Shown: positions 1-9,495 of the stretch, piece after piece
Layout of the letters: each line of letters opens with the position of its first letter
Position numbering within the stretch: the first letter of the stretch is position 1
Assembly (NCBI GenBank): GCA_024277855.1
Contig: JAJRUJ010000082.1
Span: forward strand, 3,537-67,536
Reading direction: 5' to 3'
DNA length: 64,000 nt
From: Candidatus Zixiibacteriota bacterium
GTDB taxonomy: Bacteria > Zixibacteria > MSB-5A5 > WJJR01 > JAJRUJ01
Position numbers and translations under genes: made by a program
The notes under the pieces: model-generated
The model's input: the letters and a program-made list of their open reading frames with translations, nothing else
The model's database searches: none
What the model was told of the DNA's origin: nothing

Positions 1-554
1 AACGGACGGGGATCGCGCCAATTGAAACTGCGCGAGCCATAGGGACAGGCGGCCATACAATACCGGCAGCCGATACAGCGGTGCATATCCATCATCACGA
101 TTCCGTCCTCGCGTTTCCAGGTCGCCTTGGTCGGACAAACGCGGACGCAGGGCGGATTGTCGCAATGATTACAGAATACCGGCACCGACTGGTGTTTCAT
201 TTCCTCGTGCAGGTGTTCATTTTCCTGTTCCTGAAAGGCATGACCAAACGATTCTTTCCAGATCCATTTAACCTCGTCTTTGGGGTTGCCGAAATCCGGG
301 ACATTATGCTCCAGGTGGCAGGCCGCGATGCACTTGGTGCAACCATGCTCGGCCATACATTTGTGGATATCGATCACCATCGCCCAACGATGCGCGGTCA
401 ATGGTCCGGTCGGCTGCGTCGTCGGGGGCGGGATTGTCGCGGTAGAATCGACCGGGTCGACTCCTTCGGCAAAAACCTCGAAAGCAGGCTTACTGGCCAG
501 ACTAAGCGCGGTCAGCCCGGCGATCTTAAAAAACTTCCGGCGATCGACGCTCAT
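1..554 (-). CDS. dsrO: DsrO, periplasmic 4Fe-4S ferredoxin subunit of DsrMKJOP (partial; 3' end beyond window)
   Basis: Not in the ORF track because it has no stop in the window. Read by hand from ATG at 554 (overlapping the dsrJ TGA): MSVDRRKFFKIAGLTALSLAS... (twin-Arg Tat signal), then RWAMVIDIHKC. Lies directly after dsrJ. Confidence 0.9.
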   Translation of the reverse strand, partial: MSVDRRKFFKIAGLTALSLASKPAFEVFAEGVDPVDSTATIPPPTTQPTGPLTAHRWAMVIDIHKCMAEHGCTKCIAACHLEHNVPDFGNPKDEVKWIWKESFGHAFQEQENEHLHEEMKHQSVPVFCNHCDNPPCVRVCPTKATWKREDGIVMMDMHRCIGCRYCMAACPYGSRSFNWRDPRP

Positions 555-940
555 TGGCTGCCCCCTTTCGGTTCAACATGACAATCCCAGCAATAGGGCC
601 GGCCGACGGCCATGTAATCATGACAACGGTCGCAGAATTCCGCCTTGTTCGAATGGCAGCCCATACAGGTATTCGACAGACTTTTTTCATAGACCGTACC
701 GTCGAATGCCGTATACTCTCGCTCGCCATGACGGACGACTTCATCGCGCCAGGTATTTAACAATTCCATATGCGAGGTGCGCATATAGTCGGTCGGCGCC
801 ACACAGGCTTTTGCGTCGGTGACGATTTCCAGGTGGGGGGCATACGAGGCCTGCCCGCTGGCGGCATTATACCACACGGGAGCGGTGATCAGGAGCAGGA
901 AGATCACCAGTCCGACAATGATTTTCCCCGCATCATACAT
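551..940 (-). CDS. dsrJ: DsrJ, triheme cytochrome c
   Basis: N-terminal TM/signal segment, three CxxCH motifs (CMGCH, CDRCH, CWDCH), and position between dsrK and dsrO. Confidence 0.95.
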   Translation of the reverse strand: MYDAGKIIVGLVIFLLLITAPVWYNAASGQASYAPHLEIVTDAKACVAPTDYMRTSHMELLNTWRDEVVRHGEREYTAFDGTVYEKSLSNTCMGCHSNKAEFCDRCHDYMAVGRPYCWDCHVEPKGGSQ

Positions 941-2552
941 CCTCGGTATCCTCCATGCCCTTCAGCGGTTGACCGCGCAAATCGGTGGTGCGTTTGGTTG
1001 CACCTTCCATAATCAGCGCGTTGCCGACCATTTCGTGCACGCCGGCAACCTCGACTCCCGGCACCCAGTATTCCAGCAACGGCGGCAGGGTGGCTTTGTC
1101 GATCGCACAGATGCACAGCAGGACATTCACATCGTGTTTTTCATGGACATATTTGACCGCATTGGCCCGGGGCAGCCCCCCGCGCAACCGCATTTCCATG
1201 TTCTCATCGGTACCCAAGCCCGCGCCGCTGCCGCAACAGAACGTCTGTTCGCGGATCGTGTTTTCCGGCATCTCATAAAAATTATTACAGGCCCGTTTGA
1301 TACAGTAACGCGGTTCTTCGAGAAGTCCCAGCGCCCGGCTCGGGTTACAGGAATCATGGAATGTCGAAATCCAATGGTCATTGCGGCTCGGGTCGAGTTT
1401 GATCTTTTCGTTTTTCAATAGATCGGCGGTAAACTCGCAGATATGGGTCATCTTGGTCGAGGCCGCATTCTCGAACACCGTCCCGGTGATCGGTGATTTC
1501 GGCACTTCAAGAAAATCCGCCGGTCCGTTCATCGTATCCATATACTGATGCATCACCCGCCACATATGACCGCACTCACCGCCGAGAATCCATTTCACTC
1601 CGAGCCGTTTGGCCTCGGCATAGATTTTGGCGTTGAGCCGCTTGATCATCTCGTGGGAATGGAACAACCCAAAGTTCCCGCCCTCGGAGGCGTAGGTGCT
1701 CCAGGTATAATCGAGGCCGATCTCGTGGAACAACGCCAGATACCCCAGCAACGTGTAGTAATGCGGGGAGGCGAAATAATCGGCCGACGGGGCGACAAAG
1801 AGGATTTCCGCGCCTTTTTTGTTTATGGGAGCATCGACCCGGATACCGGTAATCTCCTCGAGTTCATCGACGGCGAATTCGATCGAGTCTTTGAAGCCGT
1901 GCGGCTGAATTCCCAGGTGGTTGCCCGTGCGGAAACAGTTGGACAACGGGGTACAAATCCATTCGATGCCCAGTCCGATGAGACTCAGCAGTTCGCGCGC
2001 GAACATGGTAATCTCGGCGGTGTCGATCCCGTAGGGACAGAAAACCGAACAACGACGGCATTCGGTGCATTGGAAAAAATAGTAAAACCACTCTTTGAGC
2101 ACACCGACGGTCAGTTTCCGGCCGCCGGCCAACTTGCCGAGAATTTTCCCGGCAGTAGTGAAATCATGGCGATAGACCGACCGCAACAACTCCGCCCGGA
2201 GAACCGGCATATTTTTCGGGTCGCCCGAGCCGATGAAAAAGTGACACTTGTCGGCGCAGGCGCCGCAACGCACGCAAATGTCCATAAAAATGCGGAACGA
2301 ACGATATTTATCAAGCCGCTCTTTCATCCCCGTCAGGATGATCTCCTGCCAGTTCTCCGGCAATGGCCAGTCATCATCGGTCGGGGCCCACTTGGGGGCG
2401 GCGGGCAAATCGAGATATTTCTGGGTATCGGGCACGGCGGTATAATTCCAGGTGCCCTTACGGAATTCAACGGTCGGGTCCATCCAGTCGGATTTAGGCG
2501 GCTTGAGATCGACCCGCGCCAGTTCTTCCGGTTTTGGGGTTTCTTCTGCCAT
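933..2552 (-). CDS. dsrK: DsrK, HdrD-like Fe-S/CCG subunit
   Basis: CVRCGACADKC and CTECRRC ferredoxin motifs, GECGH, HDSCN, CCGSGAG CCG domain, and position in the dsrMKJO run. Confidence 0.97.
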   Translation of the reverse strand: MAEETPKPEELARVDLKPPKSDWMDPTVEFRKGTWNYTAVPDTQKYLDLPAAPKWAPTDDDWPLPENWQEIILTGMKERLDKYRSFRIFMDICVRCGACADKCHFFIGSGDPKNMPVLRAELLRSVYRHDFTTAGKILGKLAGGRKLTVGVLKEWFYYFFQCTECRRCSVFCPYGIDTAEITMFARELLSLIGLGIEWICTPLSNCFRTGNHLGIQPHGFKDSIEFAVDELEEITGIRVDAPINKKGAEILFVAPSADYFASPHYYTLLGYLALFHEIGLDYTWSTYASEGGNFGLFHSHEMIKRLNAKIYAEAKRLGVKWILGGECGHMWRVMHQYMDTMNGPADFLEVPKSPITGTVFENAASTKMTHICEFTADLLKNEKIKLDPSRNDHWISTFHDSCNPSRALGLLEEPRYCIKRACNNFYEMPENTIREQTFCCGSGAGLGTDENMEMRLRGGLPRANAVKYVHEKHDVNVLLCICAIDKATLPPLLEYWVPGVEVAGVHEMVGNALIMEGATKRTTDLRGQPLKGMEDTEDV

Positions 2553-2555
2553 AAC

Positions 2556-3548
2556 CTATTCCTTTTCTACCGGCAAACCAGCCGCCTTCATTACGTCTCG
2601 GAATTCATCTTCATACTCTTCGTAGGTGTGAACCTTCACCGGGTAGTTCCAGGGATTGATATGCCGTACCCGGCGGTTGGAATTGGCCAGATTACGGGTC
2701 GGGCTTAAAAATATCCCAGCCATATGCATCAGCTTACTCGCGGGGAAATAGGCCAACAACACACTGACCAAAAACAGGTGGATGAAGAAAATCGAGCCGA
2801 TCCCGGCGGGAACGACAGGATTGAGACTGATCAGCCCCATGGCCAGTTGTTTGACTGCCGGCAGATCGACTTTAAAAAAGTAGCGCATACACACACCGGA
2901 GGTCACCACACCCAAAAGCAACACGAGCGGAAAGTGATCGGCAATCAGCGAGATGATCCGGACCTGTGGGTTGGTGAACCGACGTGCCCAGAGATAGAGC
3001 AGTGCTCCGGTGACCGCGATATTGGTAATCAACAACGGCGGAACGCCGATTTGCATCAAGCCGTCAAGGGATTCGATACCCATAATAAATCCGGGCACCG
3101 GCTCGGTGAAAAATCGGTAGTGGCGCAGTAAGATAATCAGAAACGACCAGTGGAAGGCCAGTGCGCCAAGCCATAAAAATTTGTCGCTACCATAGACCAG
3201 CCGGGGGCCGTCTTTAACCTCGGCCTTGGTGTTACGAAACAGCGAGCGGAAACACAAGACTTCCAACGCCATCCGGGCCACCACACCAACCAGAGAGTGC
3301 GGGTTGTCGAGATTGCTGTTTTTAATCCAGGGCAGGGATTTCTGCTGTCCACAGGAGGTGGGAATGCGGAACGGGACCGGCGAGCGCGCCCACTTGAGCA
3401 CTCGGTAGACAACCCCGAGCACAAACAACGTGATGGCCGCATACGGCAAAATAACCCCAAAAAGGTAAGCCCCGCCGGATGACCCTGAACCAAACCACGC
3501 CAGCAAAATTAATATCACCACTGCCACGAGCGAAAAAAGAGCCTTCAT
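2556..3548 (-). CDS. dsrM: DsrM, NarI-like membrane cytochrome b
   Basis: Multiple TM helices, FRSLFRN, FHWSFLIILLRH, and the C-terminal SKLMHMAGIFLSPTRNLAN...RHINPWN motif. Confidence 0.97.
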   Translation of the reverse strand: MKALFSLVAVVILILLAWFGSGSSGGAYLFGVILPYAAITLFVLGVVYRVLKWARSPVPFRIPTSCGQQKSLPWIKNSNLDNPHSLVGVVARMALEVLCFRSLFRNTKAEVKDGPRLVYGSDKFLWLGALAFHWSFLIILLRHYRFFTEPVPGFIMGIESLDGLMQIGVPPLLITNIAVTGALLYLWARRFTNPQVRIISLIADHFPLVLLLGVVTSGVCMRYFFKVDLPAVKQLAMGLISLNPVVPAGIGSIFFIHLFLVSVLLAYFPASKLMHMAGIFLSPTRNLANSNRRVRHINPWNYPVKVHTYEEYEDEFRDVMKAAGLPVEKE

Positions 3549-4112
3549 CTAATTGGTGCCTCCCTTCAGGCTGCTCATATCGCCGTCGCCATTATTCGAT
3601 TCTGTTGGGTTGATTACGGTATCGAATGGTGCATTCGAACGCGCAAAAAGTCTGTCTGCGCGATTTTTAATCTCTTTTATCTTAATCTGGTGAATTTGTT
3701 CACGATTTTTCATATAACAATCAAAGGCGACTAGGGCCAAACGGTCGATACGGGCGTTAAGTTCGTCCAAATCGAGCGGTGCCTCGGCCGCCGCAAACTC
3801 CGGCAACACATCTTTGAGCAGAAAAACAAAACTCACCGCCTGGGAGGGCGCGAAATCCTGGACCGCCCTGATTTTGACGATGGCCTCGAGCGCCTCGGCC
3901 ATCCCCGGGCCATGCTCACCGCCCTGAGTCAGGAGTCCTTCCAGCAGAACTTCGGTCGATTGGCAAATAGTCGAGCCAACCGGGTTGGCGAAACGGTCCT
4001 TTTCCCGCTGGAGGAAACGAGCGCCGTCCGCCGGGTATGTCTGAAAAATCATTGCCCGCCACCGTTCGAGGACGGCAGCTTTTTGTGTATGCCCGATAGT
4101 CGTTGACATCAA
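3549..4112 (-). CDS. dsrT: DsrT (RsbRD N-terminal-like domain protein)
   Basis: LERW...TYP...RFL.REKDRFANPVG and IVKIRAVQDFAPSQAVSFVFLLK motifs; lies immediately upstream of dsrM. Start codon uncertain. Confidence 0.88.
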   Translation of the reverse strand: MMSTTIGHTQKAAVLERWRAMIFQTYPADGARFLQREKDRFANPVGSTICQSTEVLLEGLLTQGGEHGPGMAEALEAIVKIRAVQDFAPSQAVSFVFLLKDVLPEFAAAEAPLDLDELNARIDRLALVAFDCYMKNREQIHQIKIKEIKNRADRLFARSNAPFDTVINPTESNNGDGDMSSLKGGTN

Positions 4113-4360
4113 TCACCCAGGGTCGATTCCGACCTTCCACTCGCCGAAATAGTGATCACCGGCACAATACCTCGGCGCAAGGACACGGTAATTTCCGGCG
4201 GCAGGCACCAAGGCCGCCGACGTCGAAAATCAGTCGCTATACACCTCACTCCCCGGAAATGACATTTTTCCATTTCCCGGGGCGGGAGCGGCAATTCACC
4301 GGTCGCACATCGTCCGCGCAGCCCAAAAACCGAGCGGAACATTCGGCGATAGAACTTCGC

Positions 4361-4678
4361 TTACACGCAACCGGTCGGCTTGGCCAAACCGGCGACTTTA
4401 CACGCGCCTTTGGCCGGCCCCGACGGGAACAACTCGTAGACTTTCTTCAGCGGAAATCCGGTCTCTTTACACAGCTTGCGGATCATCGGAGCAATACCGA
4501 ATTTCAGATAGTATTCGCGAAGGTAGTTGACGAGTTTCCAGTGTTCTTCGGTCAGATCATCGACACCTTCAGTGGTGGCCAGTGCCTTGGCGATGTCTTC
4601 GTTCCACTGCTCGGGTTCCTGCATGAAGCCGTCTTCGTCGACCTCGATTTTAATGTCACCATGTTCAAAGATCGCCAT
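4361..4678 (-). CDS. dsrC: DsrC sulfur-carrier protein
   Basis: VDEDGF...W, and C-terminal LFPSGPAKGACKVAGLAKPTGCV with both conserved Cys. Confidence 0.98.
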   Translation of the reverse strand: MAIFEHGDIKIEVDEDGFMQEPEQWNEDIAKALATTEGVDDLTEEHWKLVNYLREYYLKFGIAPMIRKLCKETGFPLKKVYELFPSGPAKGACKVAGLAKPTGCV

Positions 4679-4750
4679 TCCACTTCCCTCTCTGTTGAAA
4701 CCGCTTTATCAGGACATATTCCCTGGTCATTCTTTATTTGACTGTCTCAC

Positions 4751-6472
4751 TTAGTTCACCGGCTGTGGTGGCACATATGTTGCCGGATCGTGCATCTCGA
4801 TATAGCCGCAAGGGCAGTTTTCCGCGCACTTGTCGCAACCCTTGCAAAATTCAAGTTTAAACTTATAACGCTGGCCCGGCAACAACGGTTTGATCACCGC
4901 CGAATCCTGACAATACGTCCAGCACTGTCCGCATTCAAAACAGGAACCGCAACTCATGCAGCGTTTCGCCTCGGCCAGCAACTGCTCCTCGGTCAAACCG
5001 GCGCTGACTTCCTTATCCAGCCCGGTAAGCCGCTCCTCGACCGGCAGGTTGGTCTTTTCGTTGCGCAACAGGTTCTCGTAATAGTTGAGCAGAATCTTGT
5101 CGTGTTTGATCACATGTTCCTTGTCCGGGTGGGACGGTTTTTCGCCGGTGAAATTCTCGTGGATCGTTTCGGCGGCACGACGGCCCTGGTACAGGGCAAT
5201 CACGACCAGTCCGAGTTCGAGATCGTCCCCGCCGGCATAGGTCTTGTCCGCGACCTGACCGCGGTCGTCGGTCTTGATCCAGTCGCGGCCTTCATGCAAA
5301 TGGTCCAGCCCCGTGAAATCGGGCTCCTGTGAAATCGCCGGGATAATTGTGGTCGCATCAATGGTAAATTCCGAGCCCTCGATCGGCACCGGCCGGCGGC
5401 GGCCGGATTCATCGGGTTCACCGAGTTCCATCCGCCGGCATTTCATCCCGACAGCGCGGTTACCCTCTTTGAGGATTTCCACCGGGGCGACCAGATATTC
5501 AATATTGACACCCTCTTCTTCGGCGCCAATGATGTCCTCCTCAATCGCGGGCATCTCATTGCGCGTGCGGCGATAGATTATCCACGAGTCGGCGCCGAGG
5601 CGTTTGGCCACGCGGGCGGCATCAAAAGCGGTGTCGCCGCCGCCGATGACGATGACTTTCTCGCCCAGCTCAACTGTCTCGCCGCGATTAACGGCATTGA
5701 GAAACTCGGTGCCGGTGTAGACATTTTCGGCGTCTTCACCGGGTACACGAAGGGCATACCCTTTATGCGCGCCGATCCCCACAAAGATTGCATCGTATTC
5801 TTTTTGTACATCTTCGTACGGGATGTCTTTGCCGACCGAGGTATTCGGTTTCAGTTCAACGCCGAGCTTGAGGATACGGTCGATTTCCTTGTCCAGGATA
5901 TCCTGCGGAAGTCGATAGTCGGGAATCCCATAGCGCAGCATTCCGCCGGGTTTGGGAAACGCCTCGAACATCGTCACCGGATACCCGCGCCGCGCGAGTT
6001 GATAGGCGCATGAAAGCCCTGCCGGCCCCGAACCGATCACGGCAATTTTTTGTTGCCGCCGTTCGTCACTGATTTTGGGCAGTTCGAGACCTTTTTCAAT
6101 AGCATAGTCACCGATGAACCGTTCGACATTATTGATGGCTACCGCCCCGTCTTTCTCCTTGCGATTACAATCGGATTCACAGGGATGCGGGCAAACCCGC
6201 CCGAGAACGGAAGGCAGCGGGTTGCGTTCGACAAAGAGTTTCCACGCCTCGACAAAGGCCTCGTCGTTCGACTTACCGTGTTTTTCGGCCAATTGAATAG
6301 TGGTCAGGATTTCGCGGACAACAGTCTCATTGGGGCACGCGGCATGGCAGGGCGCTGTTTTTTCGACATGGAACGGTCTGTTCGGGGACTGGTCGGTCGC
6401 TCCGCCCATCGCCGGACGTGAACGCAGCCTGCCCAGGCCGGCTTTTTTCTTTTTTTTCTTCTTGATCACCAT
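4751..6472 (-). CDS. dsrL: DsrL, NAD(P)H:Fe-S flavoprotein (DsrL-2-like, YRR motif)
   Basis: GltD-like core (CP.PCE..CNR, IGSGPAGL, GMLRYGIP.YRLP, IGGGDTA), IIYRRTR motif, and C-terminal ferredoxin (CMSCGSCFECGQC, CKGCDKCAENC). Lies inside the dsr cluster. Confidence 0.92.
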   Translation of the reverse strand: MVIKKKKKKKAGLGRLRSRPAMGGATDQSPNRPFHVEKTAPCHAACPNETVVREILTTIQLAEKHGKSNDEAFVEAWKLFVERNPLPSVLGRVCPHPCESDCNRKEKDGAVAINNVERFIGDYAIEKGLELPKISDERRQQKIAVIGSGPAGLSCAYQLARRGYPVTMFEAFPKPGGMLRYGIPDYRLPQDILDKEIDRILKLGVELKPNTSVGKDIPYEDVQKEYDAIFVGIGAHKGYALRVPGEDAENVYTGTEFLNAVNRGETVELGEKVIVIGGGDTAFDAARVAKRLGADSWIIYRRTRNEMPAIEEDIIGAEEEGVNIEYLVAPVEILKEGNRAVGMKCRRMELGEPDESGRRRPVPIEGSEFTIDATTIIPAISQEPDFTGLDHLHEGRDWIKTDDRGQVADKTYAGGDDLELGLVVIALYQGRRAAETIHENFTGEKPSHPDKEHVIKHDKILLNYYENLLRNEKTNLPVEERLTGLDKEVSAGLTEEQLLAEAKRCMSCGSCFECGQCWTYCQDSAVIKPLLPGQRYKFKLEFCKGCDKCAENCPCGYIEMHDPATYVPPQPVN

Positions 6473-6597
6473 GATGAACGTCCTTTTACCTGCTCAGCCC
6501 AGGCCCCATCCCGGCCAGCCTTGTCTAAAGGATAACTTTTTCTATTCCGGGGCCGCCTTGTACTCGTCACGAAACTCAGAGTCTCACCCGCGACATA

Positions 6598-8040
6598 TCA
6601 ACAATACGACGCGGTTGATATCGCCGTATTCCCCGATTCGGTACTCGATCCCCGTTCGGCGCAATAAACCCCGGCCAGCCGGACAAAGTTGGGTGCCCAT
6701 TCCGGTGTCCCCAGCGCATGAAGATGGAAATATGATGCCATCGTCCGCTGAACCACCAAGCCGTCGCGTCGATTAAACGACCCTCGCCCCAACTTCGCCG
6801 CACAGACGGTTGCTGAATTTTCCGCACCGTTCGCGATCCGCGTATAATGGAACTCGTGCGCGTTGATTGTTTTGCCGACAGGGAAATAAGGGTTTTCACG
6901 GTCAACGATCATCCGGCAATAGCCATGTCCCTGCGGCCGTTTTTCCAACACGAGTTCAACCGGGAAAACCCCGGCCATCGGGTAAACTATCTCGTCGACC
7001 TGCAACGACTTTGCCAGAAACACCAGTCCCCCACATTCGGCGTAGATCGGCATCCCCCGCTCAGCCGCAACGTGGACCGCGTCACGCAGTGCGGTATTAT
7101 CGGCCAACTGCCGGGCATGTGTTTCAGGAAAACCGCCGCCGATATAGAGTCCGTCAAGGTCGGCCGGGAGCGGATCATCATCCACCGCCGCAATCGGCAC
7201 CAGTTTCGCCCCGGCGTTATTGAGCGCTTCCAGATTCTCCGGATAATAAAACGTAAACGCCGCATCCCGGAAATATCCGATTCGCGCCACGGACGGGCGG
7301 TCGCTGGAGGCGTCAAACGACGGTTGTGCCCGATGCGGAAAAGGCCGCGAACCGGCCAATTCGATGATCCGGTTCACGTCGACATATTCATCGATGATTT
7401 CCGTCGCTCGATTTAACGCCTGCTCCGGATCGGGATGCTCCTCCGGCGTGACCAGTCCAAGATGCCGCCCCGGCAGAAGGGAGGGATCATCAAACCGCGG
7501 AATTGCCCCGACGACCGGCGGCCCGCCGGCCTGTTCCAACGATTCGGTGATTACCCGCTGGTGGCGTTTGCCGGCAACACCGTTGAGCACGACCCCGGCC
7601 ACGTTGACCCGGGGATCGAACGTGCAACAGCCCATGATCGCCGCCGCCGCGGTACGGGTGGCCTTGCGAACCTGATGAATCAGAATGATCGGAGCACCCA
7701 GCAAAGCGGCCAGTACGGCTGTCGAGTGAGTCCCCTGCGCATCCTGGCCGTCGTGCAACCCACGATTGCCCTCAATGACGGCAATGTCGGAGACAGCGCT
7801 ATTATTGACGAACGAACCGATAATCGTCGGCTCGTCCATCATGAATGTATCCAGGTTTCGCCCGGCCTGTCCGGCAACGCGTCCCAACCAGGCAGCATCG
7901 ATGAAGTCCGGGCCTTTCTTGAAGGCTGCGGTTTTCATCCCCCGCCGCGTCAGGACACCCAGCAACCCCAGGGACAGAATGGTCTTACCCGCGTCGCCGG
8001 ATGTGCCGGCGATCATGATGCGCGGGCATACCTCGCTCAT
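6598..8040 (-). CDS. dsrN: DsrN, siroheme amidase (cobyrinate a,c-diamide synthase family)
   Basis: GTSGDAGKT, FKKGPDFID, IEGNRGL, GGGFPE, YAECGG and HEFHY motifs. ATG at 8040 follows a GGAGG SD. Confidence 0.93.
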   Translation of the reverse strand: MSEVCPRIMIAGTSGDAGKTILSLGLLGVLTRRGMKTAAFKKGPDFIDAAWLGRVAGQAGRNLDTFMMDEPTIIGSFVNNSAVSDIAVIEGNRGLHDGQDAQGTHSTAVLAALLGAPIILIHQVRKATRTAAAAIMGCCTFDPRVNVAGVVLNGVAGKRHQRVITESLEQAGGPPVVGAIPRFDDPSLLPGRHLGLVTPEEHPDPEQALNRATEIIDEYVDVNRIIELAGSRPFPHRAQPSFDASSDRPSVARIGYFRDAAFTFYYPENLEALNNAGAKLVPIAAVDDDPLPADLDGLYIGGGFPETHARQLADNTALRDAVHVAAERGMPIYAECGGLVFLAKSLQVDEIVYPMAGVFPVELVLEKRPQGHGYCRMIVDRENPYFPVGKTINAHEFHYTRIANGAENSATVCAAKLGRGSFNRRDGLVVQRTMASYFHLHALGTPEWAPNFVRLAGVYCAERGSSTESGNTAISTASYC

Positions 8041-8081
8041 GCTGCCTCCAACCAAAAATAGATGGTCAGACAACGATCCAA

Positions 8082-8333
8082 TCAATCGTTGGCGGCGCCT
8101 TCCCGATGCGGTATCTCGATAAAACTACCGCCAAAGTACGTATAAACGCACCGCCCGGAATTCACCAGTTCCTTAATCGCCGCTTTGCAGGTTTTCTTAT
8201 CGGTCTTGCCTTCAAAAACCACCAACATGGCCTTGGTCAGGTCCATCGGTTTAAGTTTTTTCTGGCCCTGCGATTCGGCGACCATCTTGTACATCGCCTC
8301 GGCGATTTCTTCTACTGACATCATGTCAGCCAC
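8082..8333 (-). CDS. dsrD: DsrD, allosteric activator of DsrAB
   Basis: 83-aa winged-helix-like protein (KKLK...CK.AIKELVNSG...Y.YFGGSF) directly after dsrB. Confidence 0.88.
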   Translation of the reverse strand: MADMMSVEEIAEAMYKMVAESQGQKKLKPMDLTKAMLVVFEGKTDKKTCKAAIKELVNSGRCVYTYFGGSFIEIPHREGAAND

Positions 8334-8345
8334 AGTGATACCCCT

Positions 8346-9428
8346 TTAATAGGTCAGATGCACGGACCGCTTGAAGGTCAGTCCGGCATGCTTGAAATCG
8401 TCGATGTGTTGCTTTTCAAATTCAATGCCGGCCATCTTAAAGAATTTCGGCCAGCCGATCCGCTCGATCCATTCGCCCATCCGCTCGTATTTGCGGGCGT
8501 TGGCCGCCCACAACTCGACGAGATTCTTGACCGTATCGACAACTTCGGGCCAGCGCGGCGGATTGTTTGGAATAAACGGCACCGCGAGTTTCGAGAACAT
8601 CGGCTCGTGGCGTGCATTGGACACCTTGCCGCCAACCCAGATGGAGACGCCATCATTGAGCGGGTCGTTCAAAGGCATCGAGGGACAAACCGTGTAACAG
8701 TTTGCGCAGAACATACAGTTCTCTTCGAGGACCTCGACCGACGGGTTGCCGTCAACCGTTGTCGGCCGGATCGCCGCGGTCGGACAGGACGCCACCACCG
8801 AGGGAATTTCACACTCTTTGCGCAGCCGGTCATGGCTGATTTTCGGCGGACGGCGATGGATACCCAGAATGGCGATATCCGAGCAATGCACCGCGCCGCA
8901 CATATTCAGACAGCAGGCCAAAGCAATCCGCAGTTTCCCGGGAAGCGTCATCGACGTAAAGTAGCCGCACAGTTCATCCATCACCGACTTGACAATCCCG
9001 GAGGCGTCGGTCGCCGATGAGTGACAGTGGACCCAGCCCTGGGTATGAACGATGTTGGAGATGGAATTGCCTATCCCGCCGACCGGATGACCCAGTTTCT
9101 GCAAGTCGTCGATCAACGCATCGATCTTGCTGCTGTCGGTAAGCAAAAACTCGACATTGTTCCGACTGGTAAACCGCAGGTACCCGTCGCAATACTTGTC
9201 CGCAAGGTCGCAATATAAGCGAATCTTGTCGACACTGATCAGACGCGGTGAACCGGCGCGGACGGTAAACAATTTATCCCCGCCCTCAGCCACATGCACC
9301 ATGACACCGGGTTTCAGGACCTCGTGGTATTTCCACTTGCCGTAGTTGTCCTTAATTATCGGTGGCAGAAACTGCTCATAATGTGGGGGACCATAATCGG
9401 TCCGTCTTTTACTCATATCTACGGCCAT
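8346..9428 (-). CDS. dsrB: Dissimilatory sulfite reductase beta subunit
   Basis: [42 protein letters not shown], and [13 protein letters not shown] motifs. Confidence 0.99.
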   Translation of the reverse strand: MAVDMSKRRTDYGPPHYEQFLPPIIKDNYGKWKYHEVLKPGVMVHVAEGGDKLFTVRAGSPRLISVDKIRLYCDLADKYCDGYLRFTSRNNVEFLLTDSSKIDALIDDLQKLGHPVGGIGNSISNIVHTQGWVHCHSSATDASGIVKSVMDELCGYFTSMTLPGKLRIALACCLNMCGAVHCSDIAILGIHRRPPKISHDRLRKECEIPSVVASCPTAAIRPTTVDGNPSVEVLEENCMFCANCYTVCPSMPLNDPLNDGVSIWVGGKVSNARHEPMFSKLAVPFIPNNPPRWPEVVDTVKNLVELWAANARKYERMGEWIERIGWPKFFKMAGIEFEKQHIDDFKHAGLTFKRSVHLTY

Positions 9429-9495
9429 TTTCTACCTCATTATCAAGAAGTACTTTTTCTCGCATTGTGGAGAGAACGACTGGCGTTGGCTCCGG

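Noticed and set aside
1000-1130. DsrK C-terminal 'CAID' instead of a CxxC as a defect
   Set aside because: As I recall, CAID-type motifs occur in ordinary DsrK proteins, so this is not evidence of degeneration.
1548-2708. 386-aa plus-strand ORF, and similar long antisense ORFs (e.g. 11413-12582, 26058-26894, 32050-32934, 50263-51327, 60661-61443)
   Set aside because: They lie exactly opposite well-supported genes (dsrK, qmoB, the DsrK-like gene, nnr, aconitase, pepQ), have no recognisable motifs, and are expected shadows of GC-rich codon usage.
4109-4342. 77-aa ORF filling the dsrC-dsrT gap as an extra dsr gene
   Set aside because: Arg/Pro-rich composition with no SD or similarity to known small Dsr proteins; more likely untranslated leader.
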